Below, in pieces: positions 40,379-53,884 of a stretch of 64,000 nucleotides of DNA. Source of the DNA: Malacoraja senta. Taxonomy: Eukaryota. The translations under genes were made by a program, and so were the position numbers. The notes under the pieces were generated by a model. It saw only the letters and a list, made by a program, of their open reading frames with translations. It did no database searches and was not told the DNA's origin. Where the stretch lies: NCBI GenBank assembly GCA_038087875.1, contig JAXLNO010005813.1:62001-126000 (forward strand), given 5' to 3'. The first letter of the stretch is position 1; every line of letters starts with the position of its first letter.

Positions 40379-41162
40379 ATTTTTTATTATTGGAGATAAG
40401 TACACAACCTATTTACATCATTACAGTCTAACATTTTTAAATTGATAATATTGTCAATTATTATTACATTGTCTCCAATACCTTTTGCCTTTTTTTTTTT
40501 AAACTAGATAGAACTAAAGAGATAGATGAAGTAAAGAAAGAAAAGAAAGAGAAGAAGAATAAAAAAAATTTAAAAAAAACAAAGAAAAAAAAAAAAAAGA
40601 GAAAAATAGTTAAAGAAGAATGGAAAAATTTATTAAAATAAAAAACTTCATTCGAGATATATTCGTACATTTCAGAGTATAGCATTTCATCCATTCTTTA
40701 GCCCGAGTGCTAGTCAGGTTCCTGTGCTGAACTATTCTGACCCTTTAAGTAATCAATAAAAGGAGACCATGTTCCTACGAATAATTCCTGTTTGTCCAAC
40801 AGGGAAAATCTGATTCTTTCCACGTTTAAGGTCTCCGTCATTTCTATAATCCACATTTTGATTGTGGGGGCCGTAGGGCCTTTCCAAAATTTTAGAATTA
40901 ATTTTTTTCCTGTTATTAAACTATAATCAATAAAGTTTCTTTGTGTTGTTCTAAATGTTTGATTTAATTCTAATATTCCGAGTATTATTAATTTTGGATC
41001 TGGGTCCAATTGTGTGCCGGTTACTTTAGATATTACACTGAAAATATTTACCCAGAATTTTTTAATTTTTATACAGTTTGCAAACATATGAGATAATGTA
41101 GCTTCTAAATGTTGACATTTATCACATATAGGTGAGATATGTTGAAAAATTTTATGTAGTTT
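40346..41162 (-). mobile_element. Young 5'-truncated L1-clade LINE (ORF2 C-terminus, 3' UTR, poly(A)) with 39-bp TSD; right arm only
   Basis: Open minus-strand frame KLHKIFQHISPICDKCQHLEATLSHMFANC...FW...WSPFIDYL contains a CX2CX8HX4C knuckle (ORF 40710..41087 extended upstream). AATAAA precedes a ~30-nt poly(A) at 40346..40374. TSD at 40307..40345 and 41163..41201 (1 mismatch). The empty site is at ~5547..5585 in the left arm. Confidence 0.9.
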
Positions 41163-44100
41163 TTTTTTTCAATAATCTAATGGTTTTTGTTAGAGATATT
41201 TAAAAGCATGCTCCCCTAGTGTTAAAGCAGAATTGCTGAACTAAACTATATTGTGAATGTGATCAACAAGAAAGAGGATGAAATTGACATGTGAAAACTT
41301 GACAATGCCGCTATATAATGATATTAACAGATTGAAGCAAGTTTGTTTCCAAACACACTTAAAGTTATCTAATTCCACTTACAGTCAGATTATCTTCAAA
41401 GTATGAGTGAGAGTGTTAATATTTTGTATCTAAGATAGATGCAAAGTGCTGGAGTAACTCAGCTTCTTGTTCTTCAGACTAAAGAAGAGTCCCGTCCCAA
41501 AACGGTACCCATCATTTTTCTCCAGAGATCCTGTTTGTCCCACTAAGTTATAGTGGGTATAAAGTTTTGGTATAAACCAGCATTTGCAGTTCTTTGTTTC
41601 TCCATTTTCTCTGTGAATATCTTGTTTCTTCTAAAAATATATTGAAATTGTGAAGGGCAGAACTGCAGATTCTGGTTGAAACCGAAGATATAGATGCAAA
41701 AAGCTGGAGTAACTCAGCGGGTCAGGCAGCATCCCTCAATTGAAATTGTGACTTACTTTTTAGTATATTGAAAATGAACAAAAATGTGTACATTTGGTAG
41801 TTTAACCTTATTATGTTCCTACAATATTCACTATACATTTTCTAAGATAAATCCTGATAACATCCACTATTTGTCATCTGAGCTTCGGACAATTTGCAAA
41901 TTTGATGCCCAAGTCAGTGGGGATTTGGACTTGAACCGAAGAGCTTGTCAGGACAAGGTCACCAACATGAGGAAGGGAAGGAAAGTAACAAATTGGGCGT
42001 CAACCATCCTAGTGCCACAATGAACTAACTCATTTGTTTGATGGTAATTGTAGCCCTCATACTAGATGGCTAAAAATGTTCTCATCTTCAATATTCCTAG
42101 TCAGAGTAAATTTGTTCTGATACATTCCAAACTCTTGTCTACACTGCTATACCTAAAACAGGAAAGAACAAAAAAACATTTGAAAATAATGGTTGGTCAA
42201 TTATAATTTCTGTAAAAGATGCTGCCTGATATTTGAGTCATATCAGCCTCGTTTGTTCTAATTTCATCCTTGCTTCTATGGCACTCTGCATATACTAATG
42301 ATTGTGTACATACATTTCATGGAGATCTAAGGACTTTGAATAGTCTATGTAATTCCTTTGAATAGTCTATGTAATTGAGTGCAGTAATATATGTATTGTT
42401 TATTCATTAAACTGTGAAAGTATTCCCTGGAAAAGAGAAGTGACCTGTTGCAGGTGTTTGCAAAGATTAAGGCAATGACAATGCTTCACATGTAAGAAAA
42501 AGTCCAAAAAACAGGGCTCATGAATGTTAGGTAGCCATTGATAAAACCAACAGGGTATTCTGCTTGAGATGTGGAATTTGTTACCAGCATGGAAAACAGC
42601 TTTGATTCATTCAAGCTGGTTAAGCACATGATAGAAAAAAAGAATGGAAGAGAAGAAGTTTAATGAGAAAGGAAGGAACAATGCTAATAGTGAGAAGGGA
42701 ATCGACCTGAAATGTCATCTGTCCATTTCTTTCAGCAAATGTTGCCTGACCCGCTGAGTTCCTCCAGCACCTCAAAGAATCCACATTTGCAATCTATCAT
42801 ATCTCCATTATTAATGGCATCTTCTTTTGGATAGCCTATTCCCGCGTTATAACACATTCTGTACATTTATCAAAATTCACCCAGTCATAGTGGAACATTT
42901 GAATACTGAGTAAATATTTGAAAACTAGAATAACTGTAGTAGTGACAACAAAGGTTTGTGTTATATTGTGCTTTTAGGCCTTATTCATAACATACATAAT
43001 GGCATTATAAGATCTTATGATGCAAGAAAGCAAATTGAAATTAATTAGAGTGATACACTGAGAATAATTTAATTCGCTCCAAACTAATTTTAATTTCAAA
43101 TCTGAAGCTTTTTGTTCACCCTCGCTATCTCACAAACGTGTGATTGATCTTTACGGTGAGAATTGATTTGTCTCAGCTCTGCTGTGACCACTGTACATTG
43201 GTTGGATCTTTATACCATGCACAATCATTTGCTCAGTATATGGTATTAACTCCACATCATTGCATTTGTACATGCTCAATGCTCTTATACTAACATTGCA
43301 TTTACACCTGAAAAAGCCATTCAACAGGCTTTTGTGTTTGCTCAGGAACTTTTGTCTACTTTACTCCCACTTGGTATTACTTTCAGCTTCATCATCTAAC
43401 CGAATCATAGCGCATTGATGGTCTCCGCACTCCACTATATGAAACATCTACGACTATTCATATCCATTTAGGTAATAATCATATTTGATTCAGAGATCAG
43501 GATGTGAGGACAGAGAACCACCTTGCCTTTTTGGCTCTAGAATTTCTGAAGTTTCTATGCATGGATAAGAAGGATAAATGGAGGGAGACAGGCCTGTACC
43601 CGCAGTCAAGTGACACAAGAAATCAGTTGTGTATTCAACCCAGCTCTATCACGCCTTCAAATACTAAATATATTGGAGGAACTCAGCAAATCATTCAGCA
43701 TCAGTGGAGGAAATGGACAGATGGCGTTTCAGGTCAGGACACGTCTTCCTGAGTTCCTCCAGCACTTTGTGTTTTGCACAAGATTCCAGCATTGCAGTTC
43801 CTTGTGTCTCTATAACACCTTCTCTGGATAAATGGATGACTACTTTCAGGCAATTACGAGTGTCTGAAGACTGAGATTTACTGAAGTACAGACTTTTTTT
43901 CATTTCCAAGGGCTATTTAGACTTCAGGACCTCTAGCTGATATGCCTCAGCAGGTGTTTGAGGTTCCATTCCAGACGGAGGGTAACTTGGCCAGAAACAA
44001 GCCTAATGCTACACTTGCATTTCCTTGTCATGTCACATAGGATAAGATTCAGCCAGGAGATGTCCTACATATAAAAAGTCCTGAGGCAAGAAAATCAGAA

Positions 44101-47100
44101 GCACTGAGCCTGTTGAAGTGTCATAATCTTTCTGCTTCTGTGCAACAAAGAGAGGGAAGTATCTGTAGGAATGAAGAAAATTGTGCAACTAAGGTGTAGT
44201 CTTTTATACCCTGCACTGATATGATTCAGTGAGTTCTAATTGATTCCCCATAGCGATGGAAACAATTTGAAATTCATAAAATTCACAAACATTACTGCAG
44301 GCTACATTTGTTGAACTTTATGAAGTTATGAACGCAAAGTTTTGAGATTATTATTTGATAGCATCTTCATTTATTGAAAAAAATAAGATAATCAGAACAA
44401 TAATTAGAACAAAGTCAATATTTTTAATTAACATCATTGTAATTTCCTTGTTAGAACTGAAACTGTCTTTTGTAAATGTGCAGTCATTGCCTAACTACCA
44501 GAGAGTTGAAGAATATTTTAACAAAATAACTGGAAATCTCTACCTTTTTGATTTACAGTATTGGCATGTAATGAGTCCAGCTTCTTGATTGCTTTAGGTA
44601 TCAGTAGGCATGCACAGAGATCAATACTAATCTGCTGATTTGATCAGGGCCTTCTGCGAGAGTAAGTTGTCTCTCATTGATTGCTGAATCAAGGTGAAAG
44701 TGCATGACAGATATGGTTATTAAGACACTCCTAGAAGTGCTGAGACTCTGTGTAATTGTGAACAAGAAACTGCTGGCTGTGGCCAGTGGTTTTACATGAA
44801 ACCACTGCCATTCAGCAAGTCAAACTGGTTATTCCTGGGCTGATACACACATGTTGGCAGATGTATATGTCCAGGAGATGCTGACAGTTTGGGGGTGGGG
44901 GGTGGGGGGTGTGGGGGGGTGGGGGGGGGGTCAATAGCTGGACCCAGTTTTGTTGGAATTCCCGAATATTACCCTGGTGAATTCGCACTTCAATTCTTTG
45001 CCAGGTCAGATCTGTTTTCAATGGGGTTGCAGGCAACTGATTTGGGGCATAGAGGCAACATCATTATTTTTTAATTATTTGGTTTTAATTTACAGTTTCT
45101 TTTTTTAAATTACTTCTAGGAGCTTTTATATCTTTCAATTCATTTACCAATTAAAACAAACATATTTGTTTTATTTCCTTCAGTTTCAATGGACTTTACA
45201 TTTCCTGATATATTTACTGTTAAAATCTAATGGAGACAGGAGTCCTTCCATCAGGGGTGTTTGAGGGCTATTTAATTTGGCTTCAGGTGATATCAGAAAT
45301 GCTGCAGTGATCTCTGGTGGGCATTTGAGGATAGCCTGGCCCATGTATCTAAGTTTTAATGTTTGTGTTCCAAATTTAGAAAAAGTGCTTACAATGACTT
45401 AATTCAGGGTGCACAACAGTTGTTGAAGATAGAAAGCTCGCACAGCAATGTCAAATATGCAACATTTCAAAGTGCCAAAAAGAAAAGATGTTGTTCTGAA
45501 AGAACTGAGTTGGGAGAACCAAGAAACAGAATTTGAACAGATATGTGTTTCAAAGTGCAAGAAAGGTTTATTTGTTTTATTGTATCTCGAATTATTCAGC
45601 TAAAAGGTTCACTTGTTTCAGACAGCATGGGGCCCATCAGTAGTGTTAATTGGGAGCAGCTTATTTGTGTAGAGCTCTTGTGTTTTCTGTTCCTTGGCAC
45701 CAAGTAGTGAGCAAAGCAGAAATGTAAGATGGAAACCTAAGTGCCATGATGGCATTGTAGCCTCAAAGAGGGAACTGCTTCAGGTATTAAGATGCTCTAG
45801 TGTTGTATAGCCCAGCTTCCATTTCCTATTCAATAGCAAAGAACATTTCCAAATATCAGCAACCTGAAATGAAACACATTGAAGCTTGTAACCATTGAAA
45901 TCAATAAGCCTGCAATGGGTAGATGAAAACAATTGCAAGGTTTGAAGCCTTAATGGGACAGATCTCATGAACAAGACACAGAATTCTTTCTTAACTGAAA
46001 GGGAAGAAAAATAGTTAAGCTCTTCTCCTGAACAATGGAAGTTTTTGTGCACACTGAGGTAGTGAGGGTGCCATAAATAATTAGAGAAAAATGAATGATT
46101 GGCAGAGAGTTATCAGTCCATAATTTATTGAACTGAAATGATCTGTGAATACTATAGATTGATAATTTATGATCAACAGTGGAACGGTGAAATGTTAAAT
46201 TACTGCTCTGATCATTTTATTGTTTATTTTGTCTAGATATATCTTTTTATTAAAAAAGGGTTAATTTCCAAATGGAAGTGCAGCCATGGTACAAAAGGGT
46301 GTTTGATTGGGGAGTAATTATCAACCTCAATCAAGGCCAGAGGTATGCCTGAGTTGAGAAATAGAATTTTTCTCAAAAGGCATTTATTCATCATGGACCA
46401 TGTGAAGTTTTCTATACCAATTATCTGCATAATATTTAATTTTGGCAGTAATAGATTGACTGTCTGTTATATGAATCACCTGATTTGCCTCTCCAGTGAA
46501 ATCAATGATGGGGAAAATTATGCAGACTGTATTACAGTGACAGTCTGTGCCATTTCACAGTTGAATGTTACTCCCATTAAATACATCCATGTGAATTCAC
46601 ATGCACTTCTAGCTGTGGAACTGACAGCCTCTGACATCCTTCTTCAGAGTTTATCCACCAATGAATCAATGAATCAATCATCCTAAAAATAACCATTTTC
46701 AAGCCTTCAATTTCCCCTGTCATAAGCTGTGGTTTGGATTAGAATTCCCTCGAACATACAGTCCATATGCAGGGTAGTTAGACCAGCCAGTCAATATTAT
46801 TGTTGTTACTCCATGCAAACTCCCTCTAGCCTCCAGTCCTGTTTGTGTGCAATTTGCTCATTCTCCCTAGAAGTTGTTTCTCCCCACGTCCCAATAATGT
46901 TAATTGGCTGTTATGAATTATTGGAAGCATATTGCAAAAGAACCAAAGAAAAAATTACAGGTGAAACATAAGGAATAAGTTGCAGAGTTACAGTGTGAAT
47001 GGGACAGTTGTGATTACTCTGGGATCCTATTGCCAATGGGATCCTATTGTCTAATGCAAGATAGGTATAACCATATCATTCCTGTATTGCTCTTTTGCTT

Positions 47101-47357
47101 CTCTAGCTTCCTTTAAATGCACACATGTCATTCACATCAATTAATCCATGGTGGTGTGTACCACTCTCTGATCACTCTCTTGAATTCCTTTACCATGCAT
47201 AAGAATGGAATGGAATTGAATATTTTACTGTCACAGGTGACAAGGCACACTGAAATTCTTTGCTTGCATACCGAATGTATACAAATAGCAGCCACCTACT
47301 GCGCTGACAAAGTTACAAAGCACATCGGCTCCTCCTTTTGTTCTCCCCACGCCGGGT

Positions 47358-47571
47358 CAAGGAACTGCAGATGCTGGTTTAAACCGAAGATAGACAGAAA
47401 AAGCTGGAGTAACCCAGCTGGACAGGCAGCATCTCTGGAAAGAAGGAATGGGTGACGTTTCGGGTCAAGACGGGTCTGAAGAAAGATCTCAACCCAAAAC
47501 GTCACCCATTCCTTCTCTCCAGAGATGCTGCCTGTCCCGCTGAGTTACTCCAGCTTTTTGTGTCTATCTTC
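47358..47571. mobile_element. PLE mini-element, long hairpin form
   Basis: aaggaactgcagatgctgg...gggtgacgtttcgggtc followed by its inverted copy. Confidence 0.88.
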
Positions 47572-47959
47572 TGTTGAGGAAGATGTTGTGCTGAGGCTTG
47601 TGTTAGCAACTTTAGTTGGAACAATGTAAGTGAGCTTTACTGTGAGGTTTCTTTTACATTCCAGAACCTGTAAATACTGAGACAAGGTGATAAATAGATC
47701 GAAGCTTTCCAGTTCCAACACTGATGTTCATTACTGTAGCAATCACAAAGTTCACCCTTAAATATGAGCAAATGTGACAAACATTTTGGGATCAATTTTC
47801 AAATCAATCTAACAAATATGAAATGCTGTACCATAATTGTTAATTTCCAAATATTGATCGAAACTGATGTTTTAAAAAAGATTGAAAAAATGCATCTACA
47901 GAACACCTTTCAAAACCTTTGTACATTCAAAAGAATGTTATGGTTGGTGAACTGTTCTT

Positions 47960-48545
47960 CTTGTTGTTGTAATTTAGGAAACACTGCAAGTTTCCACAAA
48001 CAGCAATGTGCTTATAATCAGATAATCTGATTTTTATTGATGAAGACACAAGAGATTGTAGATTCTGGAATCTGGAGCATAAACCGTGTGCTGGTAGAAA
48101 TCAGTTGGTCAGGTAACACCTGTGGAGGGAAATGGAGCCATTTCTGGTCAAGAACCTTCTCAACTCAAAATGTCCTTATCCTTCTACAGATGCTATCTGG
48201 ATTGCTGAGTTCCTTAAGCACTTTTTCTTTGGTTCTCAAATATCTTCTTATTGAGTCCACACACAACATTAGAAGTTGTTCAGCCAGAGCATCTGCATAC
48301 AATGGTGTCTATCTTGTCGCTTCTTGTGCATGGTGGTGGAAAGAATGGCCACAACGTGAACATTCTTTCCTTGACCCCTTCTCAAAAATAGTGTTGTGGG
48401 ATTATTTACATCCATATTAGAGAGGTGATAAAGCCTTTAGTTTCACCTCACAAATAAATTCACCCCCTGTCAATGCAGCATTCACGAGAGTTATATTGCA
48501 GTTCCAGCCTAGATTTATCCATTCAAGTTACTGGTGTGGATTTTT
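47960..48545 (-). mobile_element. Old Deu-domain SINE relic with a PLE-type insertion at ~48040..48230
   Basis: ccacaaacagcaatgtg...cagataatctg and gggattatttacatcca...cagcctagatttat match the reverse complement of a Deu-SINE. Confidence 0.55.
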
Positions 48546-49132
48546 AAGCATTCTTGCATGGATTAATATAGGATAAATGATACAACAAAATAAATGATTT
48601 GGATTATGAGGTATCATGAAGAAGAGATATTACAGAAGTGGCCATTGCATGTTTCTTTGGTAATATTTAAGCAAGTTACTATAAGTATTACAATTAAATG
48701 CTATTGGCCTACCAGCCCTTTTCCTTGTGCTATTATGACCACAAAGCGGTTTATTTAGGTGTTCATTGAAAAATGGGTTTGCTTCTGTATTAAATTATAC
48801 AAACTTTGTCCTTTGTAATATGCGGAGTGATAAAACCCGGAGGAGGTAGCAGCGACATACAATTAGGGAAGGAAAATCTGACATAATCTACAGTTCTGAT
48901 GTCTGGAGTAAAACAATCAAGCAGTCTACAGTATAACAAGGAGTCTCAATGATACTGAACTACAGTGACAGGGGATGGTATATCTTGGAGATATGAATCT
49001 GGAAGTAAAGATATCAAGAACCAGAAAGGAAAACAAGACATTGTGAATGAAGTGCCTTCCATTGATTGGACTTCAAACTCGCCTTTAAAAGATAAAGGCA
49101 ATTGGTTTTCTATTTAATGGTATTACAAGATT

Positions 49133-49360
49133 AGAAACAAGGAAACTGCAGATGCTGGTTTACAAAAGAAGACACAAAGTGCTGGATAACTTGTACGTTA
49201 ACTTGGGCGTCAGACAGCAATTCTGGATAACATGGATAGGTGACGTTTCGGTTTGGGACCTTCTTGAGTCTGAAGAAGGGCCCCAATCCAAAACATCACC
49301 TATCCATGTTTTCCAGAGATGCTGGCCGACCTGTTGAGTCACTCCAGCACTTTGTGTCCA
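49133..49360. mobile_element. PLE mini-element, hairpin form
   Basis: Inverted pLTR pair with gagtctgaagaagggcccc. Confidence 0.82.
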
Positions 49361-50123
49361 CTTATGTTATTACACATTTGATTTGGGGCAGTCCTTGCTA
49401 TGGTCAGCAATTGTTGATTTGCAATCCATGAACTCTTTCAGTTCTACGACACTGCACATTACAGAATACATGCAGTTTAAATTAAGTATTTTTGTTTTAA
49501 ACTATAATTTAAATGCATAGGCTGGTGTATCATCTTACAATGTAAAAAAATAAACAGATTTCATCATTTTACTGCCACCATTTAGAGTTGAATTAATGGT
49601 AATAATTACAATGGAATATTTTGGCAGTATGGAAATAATATTTGTAAATAACACTAATACAGTGTGAGTGCACATTCTTAAATCATTTTTAATGATCAAT
49701 GAGTTGCTGCAAATCTCCTGCATTTCTGTAGGTCTTTGGAGGTAATACCCAAGATGTGATTTTAAAGAACAGAGTCCGTGCATTTGCAATAGAAGCTATA
49801 TCTATAAATAGTTTAATCAATACTTGAAGTGTAATTTTTCTTTTTGTTTGTACTTCATTGTTGTTGGAACAAAGAACTGGAGGAACAGAAGGCTATTTGG
49901 CTCTTTAGGACTGTTCCACCAGTCAATGGGATCAGTACTAATCTGTGACCGTACTATAAATATACGTGTCATATCCCTTGATTCCCCAAATTAAGAACAA
50001 GAAAAATCAATAAATCCAAGAGTTAAAATTAATGGAGACACAGACTGGAGATGCTGGAATCTGGATCTAAAAACAAAATACTGCAGGAACTCGGCGGGTC
50101 AAGCAGCATTTGTGAAAGCAAAG

Positions 50124-50348
50124 AAACATAGAAACATAGAAAATAGGTGCAGGAGTAGGCCATTTGGCCCTTCGAGCCAGCAGTGCCATTCTATATGATT
50201 ATGGCTGATCATCCAAAATCAGTACCCCGTTCCTGCTTTCTCCCCATAACCCTTGATTCTGTTAGACCTAAAGGCTACATCTAACTCTTTCTTGAAAACA
50301 TCCAGTGAATTGGCCTCCACTGCCTTCTGTGGCAGAGAATTCCACAGA
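50124..50348 (-). mobile_element. CR1 3' end
   Basis: aaacatagaaacatagaaaataggtgcaggagtaggccatt... is the same 3' UTR as at 17535. Confidence 0.9.
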
Positions 50349-50906
50349 TATGATTGATCACAGAAATTATTGGCATTTCAGGCCAGGGCCCTATCAGCCA
50401 AAATTAATTATCAGTCAAAATCAATTGCCTTAGTATTTATAGTTATTTGATGAAGAGAGCTCTATTTTTGTTTACCAACCCCTGTGGGTACATATATTTC
50501 CTAACATCAGTCTTGAAAAGATTGTCTCTAATGTTTAGACTATGCTCTGGATACCATGACCAACAGAAATTGTTTCCCTCCGGCCATTACATTATTTCCC
50601 CATTATTGATAGTAAATTTGTTTAAACTTGATAATCCCAGAGTTTCTGTTTGTATAATCACTGCATACACGTAAATAAATCCTTGGACTCCATTCTCCTA
50701 AATCCATCGCTTCAAGGCTAATCTATCCTTCATAACTGAAGGTGCCAAAATGTTCTCTGTACCCCTAATATCATATATCCTGGGATTTTGACAGCTATTG
50801 CATTACTGTGTGGGTTGTCCTCCAGATGTATAGGGCAGTTTTCCAGTAGTGCTTTTGAATATTTTTTATACTTGTTCATGATATTTAAATTATTTGTGCA
50901 TGTAGG

Positions 50907-51202
50907 TTTTGTTTAGTTTGTCCTTACAGCGTGGAAACAGGCTCTTCGGACCACTGATTCCGCTCCGACCAACAATCACCCCATACACTAGCTCTATCCT
51001 ACACTCGAGGGACAATTTACAGAAGCCAATTAACCCACAATCCTACTGGTCTTTGGAATGTGGGAGGAAAATGGAGCACCCGGTGAAAACCCATATAGTC
51101 ACTGGAAGAACGTGCAAACTCCGTACAGCCAGCAGCAGTAGTGAGGATTGAACTCTGGTCTCTGGAGCGCTAAGGCAGCAACCCTACCGCTGCACCACTG
51201 TG
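50907..51202 (-). mobile_element. HE1-like V-SINE
   Basis: Same head, V domain and tail organisation on the minus strand. Confidence 0.85.
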
Positions 51203-52474
51203 CGCACACAGGTCTCCCAAGTCTCCTTTGTCATTGTTACTTCTAATTTTTAATAAATTAAAATACTCCAGAATACCCATTTTATAACCAAAGTGGATGG
51301 CCTCACATTTAATCACATTGAAATGTGTTTGCTACACTTTAACCAAATCATTGTATACATTTCTTCAATAGTATTCCAGTAGTTTGACTTCTAGGGTGAC
51401 ATTGCAAGTGAACCAGATGGATTAAGCTGGATCAGATGGTAATCTACATATCAATGTTTTTTTGTTCTATACTTATCAACATCTTAAGGACCCATCCCAG
51501 GCACAAAGTTCAACAAAAGGAACAAACGGAGATGAACATTTCTTGTGATTCAGCTCTTCAAACAAATCCTTGTGAAATAAAATGTAATATTAATGTTGAA
51601 CTTTGATTTTGTCTTAATATGAGAAAAATAGTGTAATATGAATTAACTGATAAAGATTTACAAAAGTATAATTCAGCTATTAATTATTAGATATTCAATT
51701 GCGATATTTAACCAGAATAAGCAGCAAATTTGAAGTATGTAAAAAGTTAGCTAATTATCGTTTAATCTTCAAATCATTTAATCTCCAGCCATTAACCTTA
51801 TCAACTGTTGTCTATTTCAATCGTTCTTATTTTGGATACATTTTTGATTTCTGAATCAGCTTACTGACATTTAGAGGCTGGAAAATGTCTTCTCTTCTAT
51901 TTCCATCATCACCAATCCAGCTATCTTTTGACTGAAGCAACCCACTCCTTGGCCTCCTGAGGTGATTCTCTGTAACTGGCTGGGAGGCGATGCAGAGAGG
52001 AATATGAAGTTACTAGTTAGCTGCCCAATTATCATAAGAATGTAAGCACAGCTCACTGTGTGAATAATGGGGATAGCTCCATGTGGTGCTCAGTCAGTTC
52101 TTTGGTACACTGAGGTTCTCATTGCACCTAGCTGGGCAGGCCACAGTGTTGGACACAGGCTTTCCAGAAATGGACAGGCTTTTCTGAGCTTGGACACACT
52201 TAGAAATGATGAGGTGGACATAGGTAGTGAATCAAGGATGTACTCAAAGCCTCCTTGAAGATGTGCACCTTTGCCACCGACCCCTGACTCTGTAATTGCT
52301 CAAAACAAAGCAGTGGTTTTCAGAACGGCATAGACAACCTCAAGTCCATGTGTCGGGAAGACATAGAAGTCCAGGGTAAATGGTGGAGGCAAGGAAGACG
52401 GAGGGAGGGGGTGGGGGGGTGAAGGTTGCACCACCCCCTCAATCTACACACCCGCCGGCCCCATGAAGCACCAT

Positions 52475-52754
52475 GTGTAGGAAGGAACTGCTGATGCTGG
52501 TTTGTACCAAAAATAGACACAAAATGCTGGTGTAACTCAGCGGGTCAGGCAGCATCAATGGAGAAAAGGAATAGGTGGCATTTCGAGTTGAAACCCGTCT
52601 TCGTACTAAGAGTCTGGGGGCTGGGAAACTAGAGGTATGAAAAGGTTCTAAACAATCAGAGCCACCACGGATGACCAAGAAAAGGCGGTTTCCTTTTCAT
52701 ACCTCTTGATTGCCTGACCCTTTGAGTTACTCCAGCATTTGGTGTTTATCCTCT
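52475..52754 (-). mobile_element. PLE element with pLTR, internal 3' region and inverted pLTR piece
   Basis: TSD atgaagcaccat at 52463..52474 and 52755..52766. Confidence 0.85.
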
Positions 52755-53467
52755 ATGAAGCACCATAATGACTGCAGCAAGGGAATGTTTTTTTTGTTCT
52801 TCCTTTCAATTAACATCCCATGTTAAAATGCATGCAGGAGCAATATAAATATGCAACAGATAATTATTGTTGAGGTGATGGGCATTTAGAAAGACTGTTC
52901 ATGATGACCCATATCAAAACTATTTTGAAAGAAAATACTGCTAGTTTAATGAACATGATCATCACACTGTTGAATTTATGTCTCCTCCCCTTCCACTTAG
53001 TTTTCTCTCTATTTAAAAAAAATAGCATTTTCCTGATAAATGAGATGTTCATGCGATTAATAGATTTTGAAGATAAAATGAAAAATTAAAAGACCACATT
53101 AATATAAAGGCAATTACTATGTCTATTCCTAACTTTGAAGTTATGAGTGTGAAAATCTCAACATATTGTGAATTTTATATTAGGGGGGGGAAATTAAATG
53201 AAATGGGACTCTACTCCACCTACTGGCTTCAAATTGGCCTATTTTGATATTAGCTTTTAAATACTAAAATGTTGCCAAAAGTTTCAATTGGAGTTTCAAG
53301 ACATTTAAACTATCAAACATATAACTTAGAACAAGAGTAAGCCATTTGGTCCATCAACCCTGTTCCATAATTCAATTAGATCATGGCTGAACAGATCTCC
53401 ACTCCACATTCCTGCAGATTCCTAGTAATCTTTAACTCCCTTCACTTAAGCCGACTTTATTTCTAGA

Positions 53468-53637
53468 AAATAGACACTAAATGCTGGAGTAACTCAGCGG
53501 GTTTCTAGAGCAAAGGAATAGGTGACGTTTTGGGTCAAGACCCGTCACCTATTTCCTTTCTCCAGAGATACTGCCTGTCTCACTGAGTTACTCAAACATT
53601 ATGTGTCTATCGTCAGTGTAAACCAGCATCTCCTTTC
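53468..53637. mobile_element. PLE mini-element within an old CR1
   Basis: Inverted pLTR pair; gacttta on both flanks. Confidence 0.78.
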
Positions 53638-53884
53638 AAGACTTTATCAAGTTTTGCCTTAAAGTACTCCAAAAAATCTGCTTCTGACACCATTTGAAGA
53701 AGAGAGTTTCAAAGATGCATGAGCCTCTGACAGAAACATTTTCATGGCATCTCTTTTTTTGAATGGACATCCTCTTTTATGTAAAGGGTTTGGGGTTAGC
53801 ATGAGGATCGGTGACTCTTGGCTCCAGATTCACCCACAAAAGGAAACATCCTCACAATATCAAACTCTGCCAAAACCACAGATT

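Larger units (their letters stand above)
23260..46747. repeat. Right arm of giant inverted repeat
   Basis: Reverse complement of 1..22629 with scattered SNPs, small indels and one 856-bp extra segment (L1 plus its TSD). Confidence 0.98.

Noticed and set aside
62-46686. Dozens of paired near-identical ORFs suggesting a duplicated gene cluster
   Set aside because: The pairing simply reflects the inverted repeat. The ORFs are short, many start at non-ATG codons, and they lack recognisable domains other than transposon relics.
52901-52975. ATGATGA as a C/D snoRNA box C
   Set aside because: No CTGA box D with a terminal stem at a suitable distance, and the box is not kept in the second copy.
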